Below, piece by piece: positions 36,582 through 51,537 of a stretch of 64,000 bases of DNA. The stretch comes from Octopus sinensis. Taxonomy: Eukaryota. The number at the start of each line of letters is the position of its first letter. Positions within the stretch are counted from its first letter, which is position 1. The stretch spans positions 28,210,001-28,274,000 of the forward strand of contig NC_043009.1 of the NCBI RefSeq assembly GCF_006345805.1. The letters are read 5' to 3'. Both the position numbers and the translations under genes were made by a program. The notes under the pieces were generated by a model. The model did not search any database. It saw only the letters and a list, made by a program, of their open reading frames with translations, and was not told where the DNA came from.

Positions 36582-39099
36582 AATCCGTGTATATATATAT
36601 ATCAATTAAAGAGGACAAGAAGCTCTTTAACAATTTCATATCCGCTGCATCAGAAATCTACAATATCTCCATAACTACCGTCTTGGTTATAACCTTGGAG
36701 CCCTAGTAATCCATTACAGCACTTACCTAACGTACCTAATCATTTAGATTGCCTGTGAACTAAACCCCATAACTTAGTGTGTGTATGTATATGTATATAT
36801 ATATATATATATACATATATATACATACTGTGTTGTAAGAAGCTTGCTTCCCAACCACATGGTTCCAGATTCAGACCCATTGTGTGGCACCTTGGGTATA
36901 AGTCTTCTACTATAGCCTCAGGCTGAGCAAAGTCTTGTGAGTGGATTTGGAAGACAGAAACTGAAAGAAACTTACAAAGTATAAGTTCTGGGGTCGATTT
37001 CTTCAACTAAAGGCAGTGCTTCAGCATAGCTGTGGTCAAATGACTGCAACAAATACAAGAATAAAAGAATATATATATAAATGTATGTGTGTCTTTTCAG
37101 TGTTTACAAATAACAGAAAAAAATAAATTAACAGTTACCAGGGTAGCAAAAATTCACACAAGTAACAAGGATGTAACAGCCTATTTATAAGGGTAGAAAC
37201 TCTAGGTTAAGGTGAAATGTTTTGTATAATATAGATAAATAAATAAATGGAGTTAAATGCAGGTGTTATTCAAATTCTTTTATTTCCAACATATGTTTCA
37301 AAGACAACATTGATATTATTTCAGAAGGAATAAAATGGTGTAAAACAATGCAATCAGGAAAAGAAAGAAATCAAACACATCAATAAGACATTTTAACAGA
37401 ATGTGATGACTGTGTATAATGATGAAGGGAACATTCTCATCAATTCTTCCATGTGTTACCATGAACCTGCTTGCGACAATGTAAACTTTCATTTAATCAA
37501 GATACCTTTGGCCTCATGAGCAGCCTGTGGTGTACACCTCACCTGGATATTTACCACTTCTGAGGTTCCACTTGCTATAAAACATATGTAGCCAGGATCT
37601 TATATTCTCCATTCCTTAACTCTGGTATTCTTATTTACATACTCAGCAACTCTGGTTGCCTACTGTGAAATATAAAAAGAACTTTTTTTACAGTTAATTG
37701 TAGTTCGATATGAAAATTCCACAACCTTCCATCTCAATAAAAAACTTTTGTCCCAGAATGTTGGTTTCTATATTTACTACGGATTGCTTGAAGCTCACTT
37801 TCTTCCTACACCTTGATCTTTGGATCTTGTATTTACAAACACACACACACATACACACATACACACACACACACATACACATATACATGCATATATATAT
37901 GTACATATGTGAGTGTTTCTATGCTTTTGTTCTTTTTGTGTAAGCAATGTTTCTTTACCTCTTAACATTGTGTTTTGCTTACGTCCTGACGACTTAGCAG
38001 TTTGCCAAAAAAGAATAATAAAATAATTATCAACCTAACTCGAAAATAAATACTGGCTTCAATTTTCATGAATAAACCTGTCTATGATATGCTCCAGCAT
38101 GACCAGAGTTTAATAACAAAAAAAAAAGTTAAAGAATAAAAGAATAAAAGTCACATATATTCCACAGCGATGCTGTTCAATAATATTAAATGTTAAAATA
38201 AAATATTTCTTTTACTAACATGTTGTGACATAGGCAATAGAAGATTTGGGCTCGTGAATTAAGGGCTGGTTTGTACAATACCTTAGCCACTCAACCATGT
38301 ATCCTATATTTTATTGGCCCTTGTTTCTCTTAATAAAACAACGGAATAGAGAAACGTGTTGAAACATGTAGAGGTAATTTAGTTAGTCCTTACATATTGA
38401 TTGTGTCTCTAATTATTGATTACATATCTATATTAATTATATCATTAGGAATAAATTATTGAATTAACTACCTATATAAACACACAGGGGACATGGACAC
38501 TGATAAGGTATGAACACACAAACTCACACCCATTCAGAGGACACATGAACACATACACACATTGATTACATGTACACAGAGGACGCATACACACAAATAT
38601 GTATGTATATACTTGTGAGTGTATATGTTTGTGTTTATTACATTATTTTTACATACTTTTATGTCTGTATATATTGTCAGTGAAAACTTTTGGCCTAGTG
38701 GTTAGAGAGGTGAGCCTTACATTTGTTCTACTATGGTTTCAATTCTCAGACAAGGCAGTGAACTTTGTCCTTAAGCAAGCTAATTTATTTTACATTGTTC
38801 CAGTACACTGGAGCAAAAAAGAAGTACAAATAGCCCTTGGGATTCAATGCTTTGGCAAGTTGATCCCTTGTTCAGTGGAGAATGTTGCGCTCTTACTTAG
38901 ATAACCTTGAAAACCCAAATAATCTCCATCCTCATAAATCTGAAGACAGATTTTCACAATAATTTCATTTCTATGTAAGGGTGAGATAGTTCAAAGGATA
39001 CATACCAAACTAATATGGACCATCTCTTCCCAGAGTTGAAAATGGGTCAGCATAGAATCAAGATCCCTAACAAGGAAAAAAGCAAAGTTGCAGGAGCAT

Positions 39100-39290
39100 T
39101 AGTGATAATTCAAAGCCAAAAATACTTGAGAGAAGAAGTCATTTATTTAGGGAAAGATATGAAGGAAGATACTGAGGTAGAGCTGAAAAAGTAGGGGTCC
39201 AATTGGAGAGAAGTAGACAAGTCAGCCCAGAGTTGCAGACAGAGGAGAAAAGTCATTGACAGCCTATGCTCAGTAGGGGTTAAGTAAATA
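39100..39290 (+). mobile_element. RTE-type LINE C-terminal fragment
   Basis: Decayed RRxxEVELKKxGSNWREVDKSAQSCRxxRKVIDSLCS wording typical of RTE C-termini. Confidence 0.5.
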
Positions 39291-39327
39291 ACAGTAGCCC
39301 CTTATAAGTACAGCAGCCCCTTATACA

Positions 39328-39547
39328 TAAGGGGCTGCTGTAAAGTTCCTGGTTTTAAGGATGTCATGGAAAGCCTGGTTGGAGGCCTAACTTTCTGAGT
39401 TCATTTACAGGGCTTAGAAAAGCTGAAGGGCCATTGCAATAAGCGTGTGAATGGGAGAGGGAAATATGTTGAATAAAATCATTATTAAGTAATCCTTCTG
39501 TATTTTCTTTTATCCCAAATCAGGAACTTTTCAGCCCTACCTTCATA
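39328..39547 (+). mobile_element. Internally deleted mariner
   Basis: TIRs aggggctgctgtaaagttcctgg / tcaggaacttttcagccctacct with TA flanks; interior retains QGLEKLKGHCNKRVNGRGEYVE-like transposase end. Confidence 0.7.
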
Positions 39548-40367
39548 TATATATATACATCTTTGCATATACATGCAAAGCAAATACTATCGGGCGTCCA
39601 GTGTAATTTTCTCCCTATTGATGTTGGGGCCACCAAAAATTTTAATTAAATTCAAAATTAACGTGAGCAAAACTATTTCGATATCTTCTTAGGTGTATCA
39701 TACCTTTTCAGGTGTATCATATGTTAACAAAAGACAATTGAGAGAGTTTAACAGAAAATTCTCAATACGCAATAAAATTTCTGTAAAATTATGGCCTTTT
39801 TCTTCTCATTTAATTTTTTACCTGGTTGCAATGAGGATGTAAATGTTAGTAAAAATCCATATTGCACAGCGGTGAATGGAAAGAAATTTTCATTACAGGA
39901 ACTGTTTTTTTTTTACAAGGGAATCTATCTCTCGTGCATTTCGTTGCTCCATAATACTAAATAAAAACAATTCTGTTTTTTATCACATCGAAAATGCTTT
40001 CACTTTATTGGCAAATAAAGCTTACATGTACTTGTTTACACCTTCTTTTGACAAGGTAAATACCTTCTCTTTCATGGGGCTTTGGAAATGAAAAAAAAAG
40101 CACTGACATGCCTTCTTAAAACAAGGTGATTACAGTGAGAAATGATAAATACGATTATTTATTTGAAAGTATTCATAGAAAAACAAATAAACCAAGCAAA
40201 ATTGAACAAAAATCCATCCATCTACCCACATATCTATTTATCTACATACCCTCTGCTATATATGTTTGACTTGAAAGACGTAATATATAATCATAAAAAT
40301 GATGTGATTTCTCCCTTTTCTTCTCTGTTGATATCTAGGTGTCTGTGTTAGGGAGAGAGGGGGCCAT

Positions 40368-40404
<37 letters not shown>

Positions 40405-40452
40405 GAAGTTATTCATGAATGATTCAGAATAACTTTTTTTATGTTGAAAGTT

Positions 40453-40490
<38 letters not shown>

Positions 40491-40706
40491 CATCTATTCC
40501 TCTATCTATCTATATGTTGTCTGTCTGTCTATTTATCTATTATTTTCATCAGAAGTCAGTGTATTTAAGAGTACATTTTGAAACATTTTATTTTCACAAT
40601 GTTCTGCTATTGTTGCAAATCAAAGAGAACACAAACAGAAACAGACTTTGAATTTGAGTATTAAAAAGGTAGATTATATATATATGTATTATATATATAT
40701 ATATAT

Positions 40707-40763
<57 letters not shown>

Positions 40764-41947
40764 TGTGTGTGTGTATACGTGTGTGTGTATATATATGTAG
40801 ATATATATATGTATATATATAATACATATTTATATATATATATATATATATACACACACATATATATATGCATATATATATAAATACATATATATATATA
40901 TACGACAGACTTCTTTCAGTTTTAATCTACCAAACCCACGCAGGAGGCTCTGGCCTGCACCTATATATATATATATATACATATGGGATTCTTTCAGTTT
41001 CTGTCTCCCAAATCCACTTCCAAGGCTTTGGTTGGCCTGTGGCTATCGTAGACGACACTTACCCAAGGTGCCACGTGGTGGAACTGAACCTGGAACCATG
41101 TGGTTGGGAAGAGTAAGCTTCTTACCACACACCCATGCCTGCGCCTATATATATGTGTGTGTTTGTTTTATATAAGTATGTATATTTATACTTCTCTAGG
41201 AGTGGAGTATGTGTGAGTGTTTATGATTGCTGTGTAAGCATATGATGTATGTGTATACACATGTATGTATATAGGCCTGTATGAGTGCATTTTCTAAGCA
41301 GGAAATGAGAAAATGTACCAGATTTTGTAATGGATGTAAAAAATAAATAAAAATATATAAAATCCAGGGGAAAAAAATTAAAGAAATATAAATTAGCAAC
41401 AAAATTTCCCTTCACTAAAAAAACAAAAAACAGGAAAAATATAAACAAATATATAACCCATCAACATTAGCAGAGACCAAGAGCAAATAATAATTAAAGT
41501 TTAAAACTAATTACAATGTATGTTTTGCCTTTCTTTTATGTTTATTTATGTTTGTTTTTATTGTTTGGCAAATGTTCAATGATCAGATGTCAGCATAAAA
41601 TAGTTGTCATCATTGTGAGAGTAATTACCACTATCATCAGCATTGTCATCATCATCATTGTCATCATCCTCATCACCACCATCGTCATCTTTTCTACTGT
41701 CGTCATTGTCATTGTTAACGTGAATACTAATCACCATCAGTCTCTTCCACCTTTCCCTCCTCCTCCTCCTCCTCAACATTGTCAGCATTTACCTCATCCG
41801 CCTCGGCATCATCATCCTTGCTACCAATCACCACCAGCCTCTTCCTCTTCTTCCTCCTTCTCTCCTTCCTCCCCCTCCTCAACATTGTCAGCATTTACCT
41901 CCTCTGCTTCGGCATCATCATCATGGTTGTCCCTATTTACCTCATCA

Positions 41948-41979
<32 letters not shown>

Positions 41980-43284
41980 ATCACCATCATCATCATCATC
42001 ATACTCATCAATATCGTCGTTACCCTGTTGTAGGACCAAATCTGTGAAGTGACCTAAAATTCAGGGCCATTTACACAAATTAATCATTTAATTTCATCCT
42101 TTGAAGAAGGGGCTGTTTTCTAACAAAAGTACAAAACTCCATCATTGGAATGTAGATAACGAAAACAATGTCACATTTTAAACCTGAGAAAAGTCTCGCA
42201 TATTTTTACTGTTCCACTTACAAATCGCATTTGTGACGTGCAAGTCAGTTGGTGGATTACTATTTTCTGAAAAATCCAAGCCTATCCAGATTGACAGTTA
42301 AGCATTTACTTACGAAACTAATTATTATTGGTATAAATGTAAATTTGTGATCCAGATGTTGAAGCTGGAGGTTTCAAAAGAGTTATCCATAGTCATCTTC
42401 TTTCTCTTTGATTTTTAAAGAGATATTCACATCAGTAGGACAGCTAACCTATATATCTGTCTGTCTGTATGTATGAATGTATGTATATATGTGTGTGTGT
42501 GTGTATGTCTGTGTGCTTGTTTGTGCGTGTATGTCTGTATGTGTGTATATATATGTATGTATGTATGCATGTATGTATATATGCATGTATGCATGTATGT
42601 ATGCCTATATCTATACATTGGTACTTGTATACAAGTTGGAATGGATGTGCTCAATGTACAACAGCTTTACTGTACAGGTTTCAGCTCTTATTGTTAATCC
42701 CATTAATCTCTCACCATCGTGTGATCACACAGAGTCTTATGTGGCTTGAAAATTATAACATAATACAAATATCGCATCAATAATGAGAGAAATGAACATA
42801 GCTTTGAACTTGATATTCCTTTATTGCATGTTACATATGTTTCAGTATTTGACAACTCATGATGTTACACAATATATGCAATCCATAGTACTTGAATTGA
42901 TTATGGATGCTGCACTTATGAGGTACATCTAAGGATTGCATTTATAGTGTGACATCATACACTACTGAAAGTTGAAACAAAGGAATACCAAGTTCAAGCC
43001 CACTTGAACAAACACAGTAAAATAACAACATGAGGACATGGTACATGCAAAGTATTAGCAGATGCTCAGGGAAAGAATGTCTGCTCACAATTTGCATGTA
43101 CCACATCCACATGTTGTTGTTTTTCTTGTGTTTGTTCCTCGTTTGTTTGGATTTACTATTAACACATGGATCCCCTGGTCTTCCGCCTGACTTTGGAGTA
43201 CCTAATTCACAGAATTCTTTCTACCATCGGATTACATTACCTTGTTCATTCAGAATACACCATTTCTGCACCTTGATTGTGAAT

Positions 43285-43324
<40 letters not shown>

Positions 43325-44490
43325 ACTTAAGTATCTTTTGCTAGAATCTCAGGTCAATCCTTACCTTACCTTATGAGTGAAAGCTAACAGACGGATTGAC
43401 CGAAAGAAACCAGGAGGATCTAATACCATGAGGTATTCTCTCTAACAATTCAAAAAGCTTTGCTGATTCTCATAAAAATCTTCCAAATTCTTCAGTTGAC
43501 ATAATTTAAGTTTAATTGTATGGGAAAATGTGAAAGCTTGCATAGTGACCTAGTGATAACACCTACATTTTACAGTTTCACTGTAGAGTTATCGAACGTA
43601 CAACTTTGACTAAAAAACACGTTTCCGACAAAGTAAAAAGGAAGTGGAGAATAAACAAAAAAAAACAACAAAAAACAAACATTAAAACAAAATAGATTAT
43701 AAAAAACAGATAAAAAAATAGTGACATGAAATGGAGAAAGAAAATATTTTCTGTTTTTGGGGTTGTTTTTTATTGAAAATTGTTCTCATTTATCTAAAGC
43801 ATTCTCTTTTTTTTAAACTTTTTTTTCCTTATTGCTCTATTTCATTTGTAGAATGATGGTGGTGGGGCGGGGGTGGAGAAGGTGGATAAAGGGAAGAGAG
43901 GTATTCTGGGTGGAAAGGTATGTGGTGTGGGGTTGTGTAGTGTAGGGGTGAGGACAGGGAAGAATGGAAATGTGATTTTTGTTTTTAATTCTCGATTTTG
44001 GAAAAATTTGGGATTAGAAAAAATATATAAATAAAAATAAACAGAAACAAATGAAAGCTTTGGTGAAATATGGATGGAAATATGGAAAAATGGTAATATG
44101 GAATGTTTGAAATTAATGGCACTGAAGTTGGAAATAAGGGTAATTGGGAAATGGTTAAAAACAAGTGTTGTTGTCATTGTTGTTGATAATGATGATGTGG
44201 GTGAGGATGATGATGATGACAGCAATAGCAACGATGGTGTTGGTAGTGGTGATGATGATGAGGATAATCATAACAGAGACGAGTGTATGATGTTGATAAT
44301 CCTAATGGTATTGATGATAATAGTGATTATAAGGTTGATGATGATGATGATGATAATGATGGTGATGTTACCAATGATAGTGGTGGGGATGATGATGATT
44401 AGGAGGAGAGTAGGAGAAGGACAAAGCTAACGATGAGAATGACACCAAAGACTATGATGATGACGATGATAGTAAGGTTGGTGGTGGTAG

Positions 44491-44527
<37 letters not shown>

Positions 44528-44669
44528 ACTGATGATGAATGATGATTATGATGCTGCTGCTGCTGTTCCTGATGATGATGATGATGATGATGATGATCAT
44601 GATCATGATTATGCTGATGATGGTGATGCTGATGATGCTGATGCTGATGATGCTGATGATGATGATGTT

Positions 44670-46690
44670 GATGATGATGGTAATGATAGTGATGATGGCG
44701 GTGATGATGATGATGATGATGGTGGTGATAATGATCTATTGTTTAGATTTTTCTATTTCGCTTGTCCTCATTGTCTTTGGGTCAACTTAAATATATTATT
44801 AGACTAAAATGGATGGAGTGCATTCAACCAGGTGAAGGATGTGCTGAAGGCGACCCTAGGCAAGGCAACTTGCATCAGTCACTTCAACAGCACGGCCTTG
44901 CATGCAATGCGATATGCATGAGAGACTTGAGCCTTGACGAAGGGAGAAGAACGTCTGCTTATGGTGCAGTGAGCCATGGAAAAGTCAAGGCTGGGAAATT
45001 CATTTAGAGATCACATCCAGAATTAAGAGATTCTGGGATAAAACTGGAGTGAAGGATGTTGTCACTGAATCCCACCTGGTAAAGTTACGATGGGCCAGTC
45101 ATGTCACAAGGTTCACAGATGGTCGATGGACCTGTGCAGTTGTCGGGTGGTACCCACGTGAGAGAAAGAGATGACTTGGAAGACCTCTGATAATGCAAAA
45201 AGATGATTTAAGAAAAAATGTTTGGAATAATGTGGAAGAGAACGGTGAAAACATGAGGGGAATGGAGCAAATGTTATGGCCAGTGGAGCTGACTTGGCAC
45301 CAGACAGCCAGCCTGATCCAGGTGATCCAGGTGATTAGAGTAAAATATTCATCATCCTAGATATCCGCATGGCATTGCTTCAGCATGGCCATACCCTCTG
45401 TTGAAGCTATTAATGGAATAAAGAATTAGCCATATACATAGGATATTTGTCACAAAGGTACAAAAGATTTTGAGGCAAGGGCTACAATTAATAATGTTGA
45501 TCTCAATTTGTGTTCCCAAAAATATTGGCTTCAAATTTCAGTGCAAGGCCAGCAAAATTTTGGTGAAGATAATGATGTTGATGATGGTGATGATAGCTGT
45601 GATGATGATGACAATGATGATGATGATGATGACAACGATGACAATGATGATGATGATGATGTAGATGACAACAATAATGATGATGATGGTAATGATAGTG
45701 ATGATGGCGGTGATGATGATGATGATGATGGTGGTGATAATGATCTATTGTTTAGATTTTTCTATTTCGCTTGTCCTCATTGTCTTTGGGTCAACTTAAA
45801 TATATTATTAGACTAAAATGGATGGAGTGCATTCAACCAGGTGAAGGATGTGCTGAAGGCGACCCTAGGCAAGGCAACTTGCATCAGTCACTTCAACAGC
45901 ACGGCCTTGCATGCAATGCGATATGCATGAGAGACTTGAGCCTTGACGAAGGGAGAAGAACGTCTGCTTATGGTGCAGTGAGCCATGGAAAAGTCAAGGC
46001 TGGGAAATTCATTTAGAGATCACATCCAGAATTAAGAGATTCTGGGATAAAACTGGAGTGAAGGATGTTGTCACTGAATCCCACCTGGTAAAGTTACGAT
46101 GGGCCAGTCATGTCACAAGGTTCACAGATGGTCGATGGACCTGTGCAGTTGTCGGGTGGTACCCACGTGAGAGAAAGAGACGACTTGGAAGACCTCTGAT
46201 AATGCAAAAAGATGATTAAGAAAAAATGTTTGGAATAATGTGGAAGAGAACGGTGAAAACATGAGGGGAATGGAGCAAATGTTATGGCCAGTGGAGCTGA
46301 CTTGGCACCAGACAGCCAGCCTGATCCAGGTGATCCAGGTGATTAGAGTAAAATATTCATCATCCTAGATATCCGCATGGCATTGCTTCAGCATGGCCAT
46401 ACCCTCTGTTGAAGCTATTAATGGAATAAAGAATTAGCCATATACATAGGATATTGTCACAAAGGTACAAAAGATTTGAGGCAAGGGCTACAATTAATAA
46501 TGTTGATCTCAATTTGTGTTCCCAAAAATATTGGCTTCAAATTTCAGTGCAAGGCCAGCAAAATTTTGGTGAAGATAATGATGTTGATGATGGTGATGAT
46601 AGCTGTGATGATGATGACAATGATGATGATGATGATGACAACGATGACAATGATGATGATGATGATGTAGATGACAACAATAATGATGAT
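44670..46690. repeat. Near-identical direct tandem duplication, 1009-bp period
   Basis: Identical ORFs at 44762-45007 and 45771-46016; copies differ mainly by homopolymer length. Confidence 0.9.
44808..45295 (+). mobile_element. RTE LINE C-terminal fragment (duplicated at 45817-46303)
   Basis: GWSAFNQVKDVLKATL...ACETWALT-like...KLRWASHVTRFTDGRWTCAVVGWYPRERKR. Confidence 0.8.
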
Positions 46691-47906
46691 GGTAACGAAG
46701 TCTATGATGATGTTGCTGTTGCTGCTGCTGATGGCAATCACAATGATTATGCTAATGGTGAGGACGATGAAGGCGATGACAGTGATGATGATGCGAAGGA
46801 TTATGATGCCGATGAGGATGATGATGATGATGATGAAAGTGACAACAACGACGACGACAAGAATGATCATGATGTCATTGGTTTTGCCACCACCTCTGAT
46901 TATGATAACGATGACAACCTTGATGATGATGATGATGATGATGTTGGTGACAGCAGTAACAACAGCAACAACGGCAAAAATGATGACGATGGCATTTATG
47001 AGTTACAGGGAAGATGGTATAATCCACAAGCAACTTTGTTTCCCATATAACTTCCAAGTATTATAATCTTCCTTTCCAAATCTTCTTCTTTTGATTTATA
47101 TTTATTCGTTCTTCGTTTCTTCTTCAATTTAAAATTGGTTTTATTCTCTTATCTTTTAAAAACAACCACCCAAAACGAAAAAAAAGAAAAACAAATAAAA
47201 TACAATTAAATACTATAAAACACAATAAAACACAATAAAATAACATACAAATATCTCCACAACAAAACTAGATTTTAAAATATATTCTTTAAAGTAAAAT
47301 AAGAAACAAAAAAAAACCATTCACAAACAAACATTAAATAAACAAATAAACAACACAGCAACAGTGAACTACGCCACATAATCTGGTGAGTATTTATGAC
47401 GCCAAGATTTTGGTAAGGTTTTTCTTTTTCATTTATTATAAGAATCAATTTTTGATGTCTTTGATTAACTTCACTGAAGGCTTTTCGGTGTCTTGAGAAT
47501 TCCTTAAGCATGTTTTTCTTATTGTATTTTATTATTCTTTTCCCTTATGCGTTTTTCTGGGTTGATTATTTATTTTTTTTTTTTATTTTTTCTTGAATAT
47601 TTATCTCTTTTTTTTTAAACTAATTTTTTTTTTCCTCATTACTTGTCTCCTTTTCATCGTGAAAATTTGTGTTAAATGACATTTATTTATTTATTTTTTT
47701 AATATATTATTATATACATTTAGGAAAAAAAAATTTTTTTTTCCAGTTGTTTCGTTACTGTTGCTGCTGCTGCTACCGCCACTACTACTGCAACTGCTGT
47801 TGCTGCTACTACTATTACAATTGCTCCTACTACTAATCCTTATTCTCCGCTTCTACCACTTCTTCCTCCACCTCCAACAACTACAACAACGACAACAACA
47901 ACAACA

Positions 47907-47938
<32 letters not shown>

Positions 47939-49441
47939 CATCACCGCCACTAGGTATTATTCTGCTTTAACATATATACTTGTGAGTATACACAAATATA
48001 TACAAATTCATATATATATATATATACATATATATGTATAAATATACATATATATGTATGTATATGCAAATATGTATATGTATATATATATATATATTCA
48101 CATATATATATATTCATATTATATATGTATATGTATATATCTATATGTATGTATACATATGTATATATATTTGTATATGTACACATATATATGTTTATGA
48201 ATATATATATACATATATATACATATAGATATATACATATATATATATATATATAATATGAATATATATATATATACGTATATGCATATACATACTATAT
48301 ATGTATATTTATACATATATATATATATGAATATATATATATATATATGAATATATATATATATGAATATATATATGCACATATATATATATTCATACAC
48401 ATATACAGGCATGCATACATACATGTGTAAGGATATCTATATCTACTTGCATCTCTCTTTCGCTTTCTCCCCAATCTCTCCCTCTCTGTCTGTCTGTCTG
48501 TCTCTCTCTCTCTCACTATATATATTTATGTATATGTATGTTTGTATGAAATATTGTCAAGGTAGAAATTTCAAGTTTTTATTCATTTCTTCTTTGTGTC
48601 ATAGAATCAAATTTGAAATTCGATATTTTTTCAATAAAAAAATTACAATTACAAAAAAGAAAATCATTTAAATCTGAAATTCAATGGCAATCCAGAGTCA
48701 GAAATATAGTTTAGCATTTCCTGTCTTCCGTTTTCTGAGAGTGTGTCTGTGCTTGAGTGTGTGAGTGTGTGAGTGTGTGAGTGTGTGAGTGTGTGTTTGT
48801 GTGTGTATGTGTGTGACAGTGTGAATGTGTGTGTGTATGTGTGTGAGTGTGTGTGTGTGTGAGACTGTGTATGTGTGTGACTCTCTGTGTGTGTGTGTGT
48901 GACAGTATGTGAGTGTGTGACAGTATGTGTGTATGTGACTCTGTGATTGTGTGTGTATGTGTGTGACTCTGACTGTGTGTGAGTGTATGCGACTGTGTGT
49001 AAGATTGCGTGTGTATGTGCGCACGTGCATGTGTGTGTGACTCTGTGTGTGTGGGTGTGTGTGTGTGACTGTGTATGTGCATGTATATGTGTGACTTTGT
49101 GTGTGTGTGTGTGTGTTATCAAGCATTGTTATCTTTCTGTCTGTTTTCAGTTTTCATGTTTTATTCTTTCTTTTTTATATACTTTTTGTTTTCTTTCTTT
49201 CTTTCTTTCTACTCATCAATTTTCAATTTCTTCAGTTTTCTTTCTTTTCACCTCTTTATTCATTCATTCTCTCCTTTATTCTCTCTCTCTCTTTCTCCTC
49301 TCCTTTCTTTCTTCCTGTTTTTCTCATTCCGTATTATGTTCCTTCTTCAGTGTAACCTAAAAAAATTTGCAGAATACTTTACATAAAGACCATCTAACAT
49401 AACCTCTATCTATTTCTCTACCTATCCTGCCACTGATATAC

Positions 49442-49516
<75 letters not shown>

Positions 49517-49524
49517 GATATGTT

Positions 49525-49594
<70 letters not shown>

Positions 49595-49602
49595 GATATG
49601 TT

Positions 49603-49655
<53 letters not shown>

Positions 49656-49666
49656 GTCTACCTATT

Positions 49667-49890
49667 TCTTTATTACCCACAAGGGGCTAAACATAGAGGG
49701 GACAAACAAGGACAGACATAGGTATTAAGTCGATTACATCGACCCCAGTGCGTAACTGGTCCTTACTTTATCGACCCCGAAAGGATGAAAGGCAAAGTCG
49801 ACCTCAGCGGAATTTGAACTCACAACATAACGGCAGACGAAATACCACTAAGCATTTCGCCCGACGTGCTAACGTTTCTGCCAGCTTGCC
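49667..49890 (-). mobile_element. SINE family B, young complete copy
   Basis: CpG-retaining reverse complement of the family B consensus with the alternative tail. Confidence 0.8.
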
Positions 49891-50100
49891 AACCTACCTT
49901 CCTCCCTACCTCTCTAACTATCTATCTGTCTGTCTGTCTGTCCGTCCGTCCGTTTGTCTGTCTGTCTGTCCGTCCGTCCGTTTGTCTGTCTGTCTGACCG
50001 TCCATCTATCCACCCATCCACTCATCCATCTATCCACCCATCCACTCATCCATCTATCCACCCATCCACTCATCCATCTATCTATCTATCTATCTATCTG

Positions 50101-50196
<96 letters not shown>

Positions 50197-50234
50197 CCTA
50201 CCTACCTACCTACCTACCTACCTACCTACCTACC

Positions 50235-50725
50235 GACCTTCCTGACCGTCGTACCTTGTCCCGACCCTACCATCATCAAACTGGAATGCATTCTCTTCTG
50301 CTTCTTGTGGAAAGGATATGCTCCGATGGTCAGGCGATCTGTTTGCGGCCAACACCTGTTAAAAAGAAGGCAGGGCTTACCGTGGTTGATGATGCACAGA
50401 CACGCGCTGAGACTGCGACATCTCTGGCTCTACATACACAATGGTGAGCAGGTGTGGTTGCCATTTGTGAGGCATGCTTTTCCGCAGCTCGTCTCCATGA
50501 CTGGACTGCAGTCGTGGATCAAAAAGAGGCTGAGGAAGGGTGAATGGCACTGCAAGTGTCGAGTTGCTCTCAAGCAACTAACTATGCTGTCCCGGGTCGA
50601 CCTTGAGTGACTGCAAAACAACCAAAGCATTCTATAGAGGATTAGTGGAGGGGAGGTACGATGACGATCTCAGGGCAAACCTGGGCATTGACGAGGAATA
50701 CCTGACCCACCTGTTTGAAACTCCT
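50235..50725 (+). pseudogene. L1/Tx1-clade ORF2 internal fragment (post-RT region)
   Basis: LTVVPCPDPTIIKLECILFCFLWKGYAPMVRRSVCGQH...RHALRLRHL; FxFLWxG motif typical of L1/Tx1 ORF2; bounded by microsatellites. Confidence 0.7.
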
Positions 50726-50736
50726 TATTCTTTTAC

Positions 50737-50771
<35 letters not shown>

Positions 50772-51353
50772 CACACACACACATACACACACATATATAT
50801 ATATACATACATACATACATACATATATATGTATGCTTGTATGTATATATATATATATGCATGTATGTGTGTGTGTGTATGTATATATATATATATATTT
50901 GCATGTATGTGTGTGTGTGTATGTATATATATATATATATATATATGGAAAAAAAGTCAAGGCAGAAAATGCTAAAATAATTAATAATTTTATCATGAAA
51001 AACATTTCTGTACCAGTTTCAGTCATTGAAACTTTTTCAACTGTAAGTATGGAAAATATTTAAATTTTGGAAAAATTAAATAAAAAGTTTTTTAAAAGAA
51101 TATTTGCATTGTATTCAAATACATGAGGCATTTTCCTTGTTTCTGCCTGTCCCAGTCTCTCTTGTTTATTCTTCTACACACACACACACATACACACATA
51201 TATATATACATGTACACATGTATGCACTCTGTGCAAAAACCAGTATAAAACCATGGATTTAAAATATAAAATGGTGATGAACTATAACTACAGACCATGT
51301 CGCGGATCCACTTCTAGCATATGGATGTCCACATAGTGGTCACCCCTCTTATA

Positions 51354-51423
<70 letters not shown>

Positions 51424-51424
51424 C

Positions 51425-51467
<43 letters not shown>

Positions 51468-51502
51468 ATGTCTTCCCTTCTCGGGATCTTTCCTTCTCCT
51501 AT

Positions 51503-51537
51503 GTTTCTGACGAAGAGCTCCGCTCGAAACGTTAAAC
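51503..51537 (+). ncRNA. Intact 35-nt minimal hammerhead motif, family C
   Basis: GTTT-CTGACGA-A-GAGC-TCC-GCTC-GAA-ACGT-T-AAAC: 4-bp stem I, 4-bp stem II, ACGT palindrome, GUU triplet; element 51470-51640 between (TA)n. Confidence 0.75.

Noticed and set aside
43358-43405. ggtcaatcc/ggattgacc stem followed by GAAAG
   Set aside because: No upstream hammerhead core.
46454-47050. 198-aa Asp-rich ORF
   Set aside because: Mostly (GAT)n; start lies within a duplicated non-coding block.
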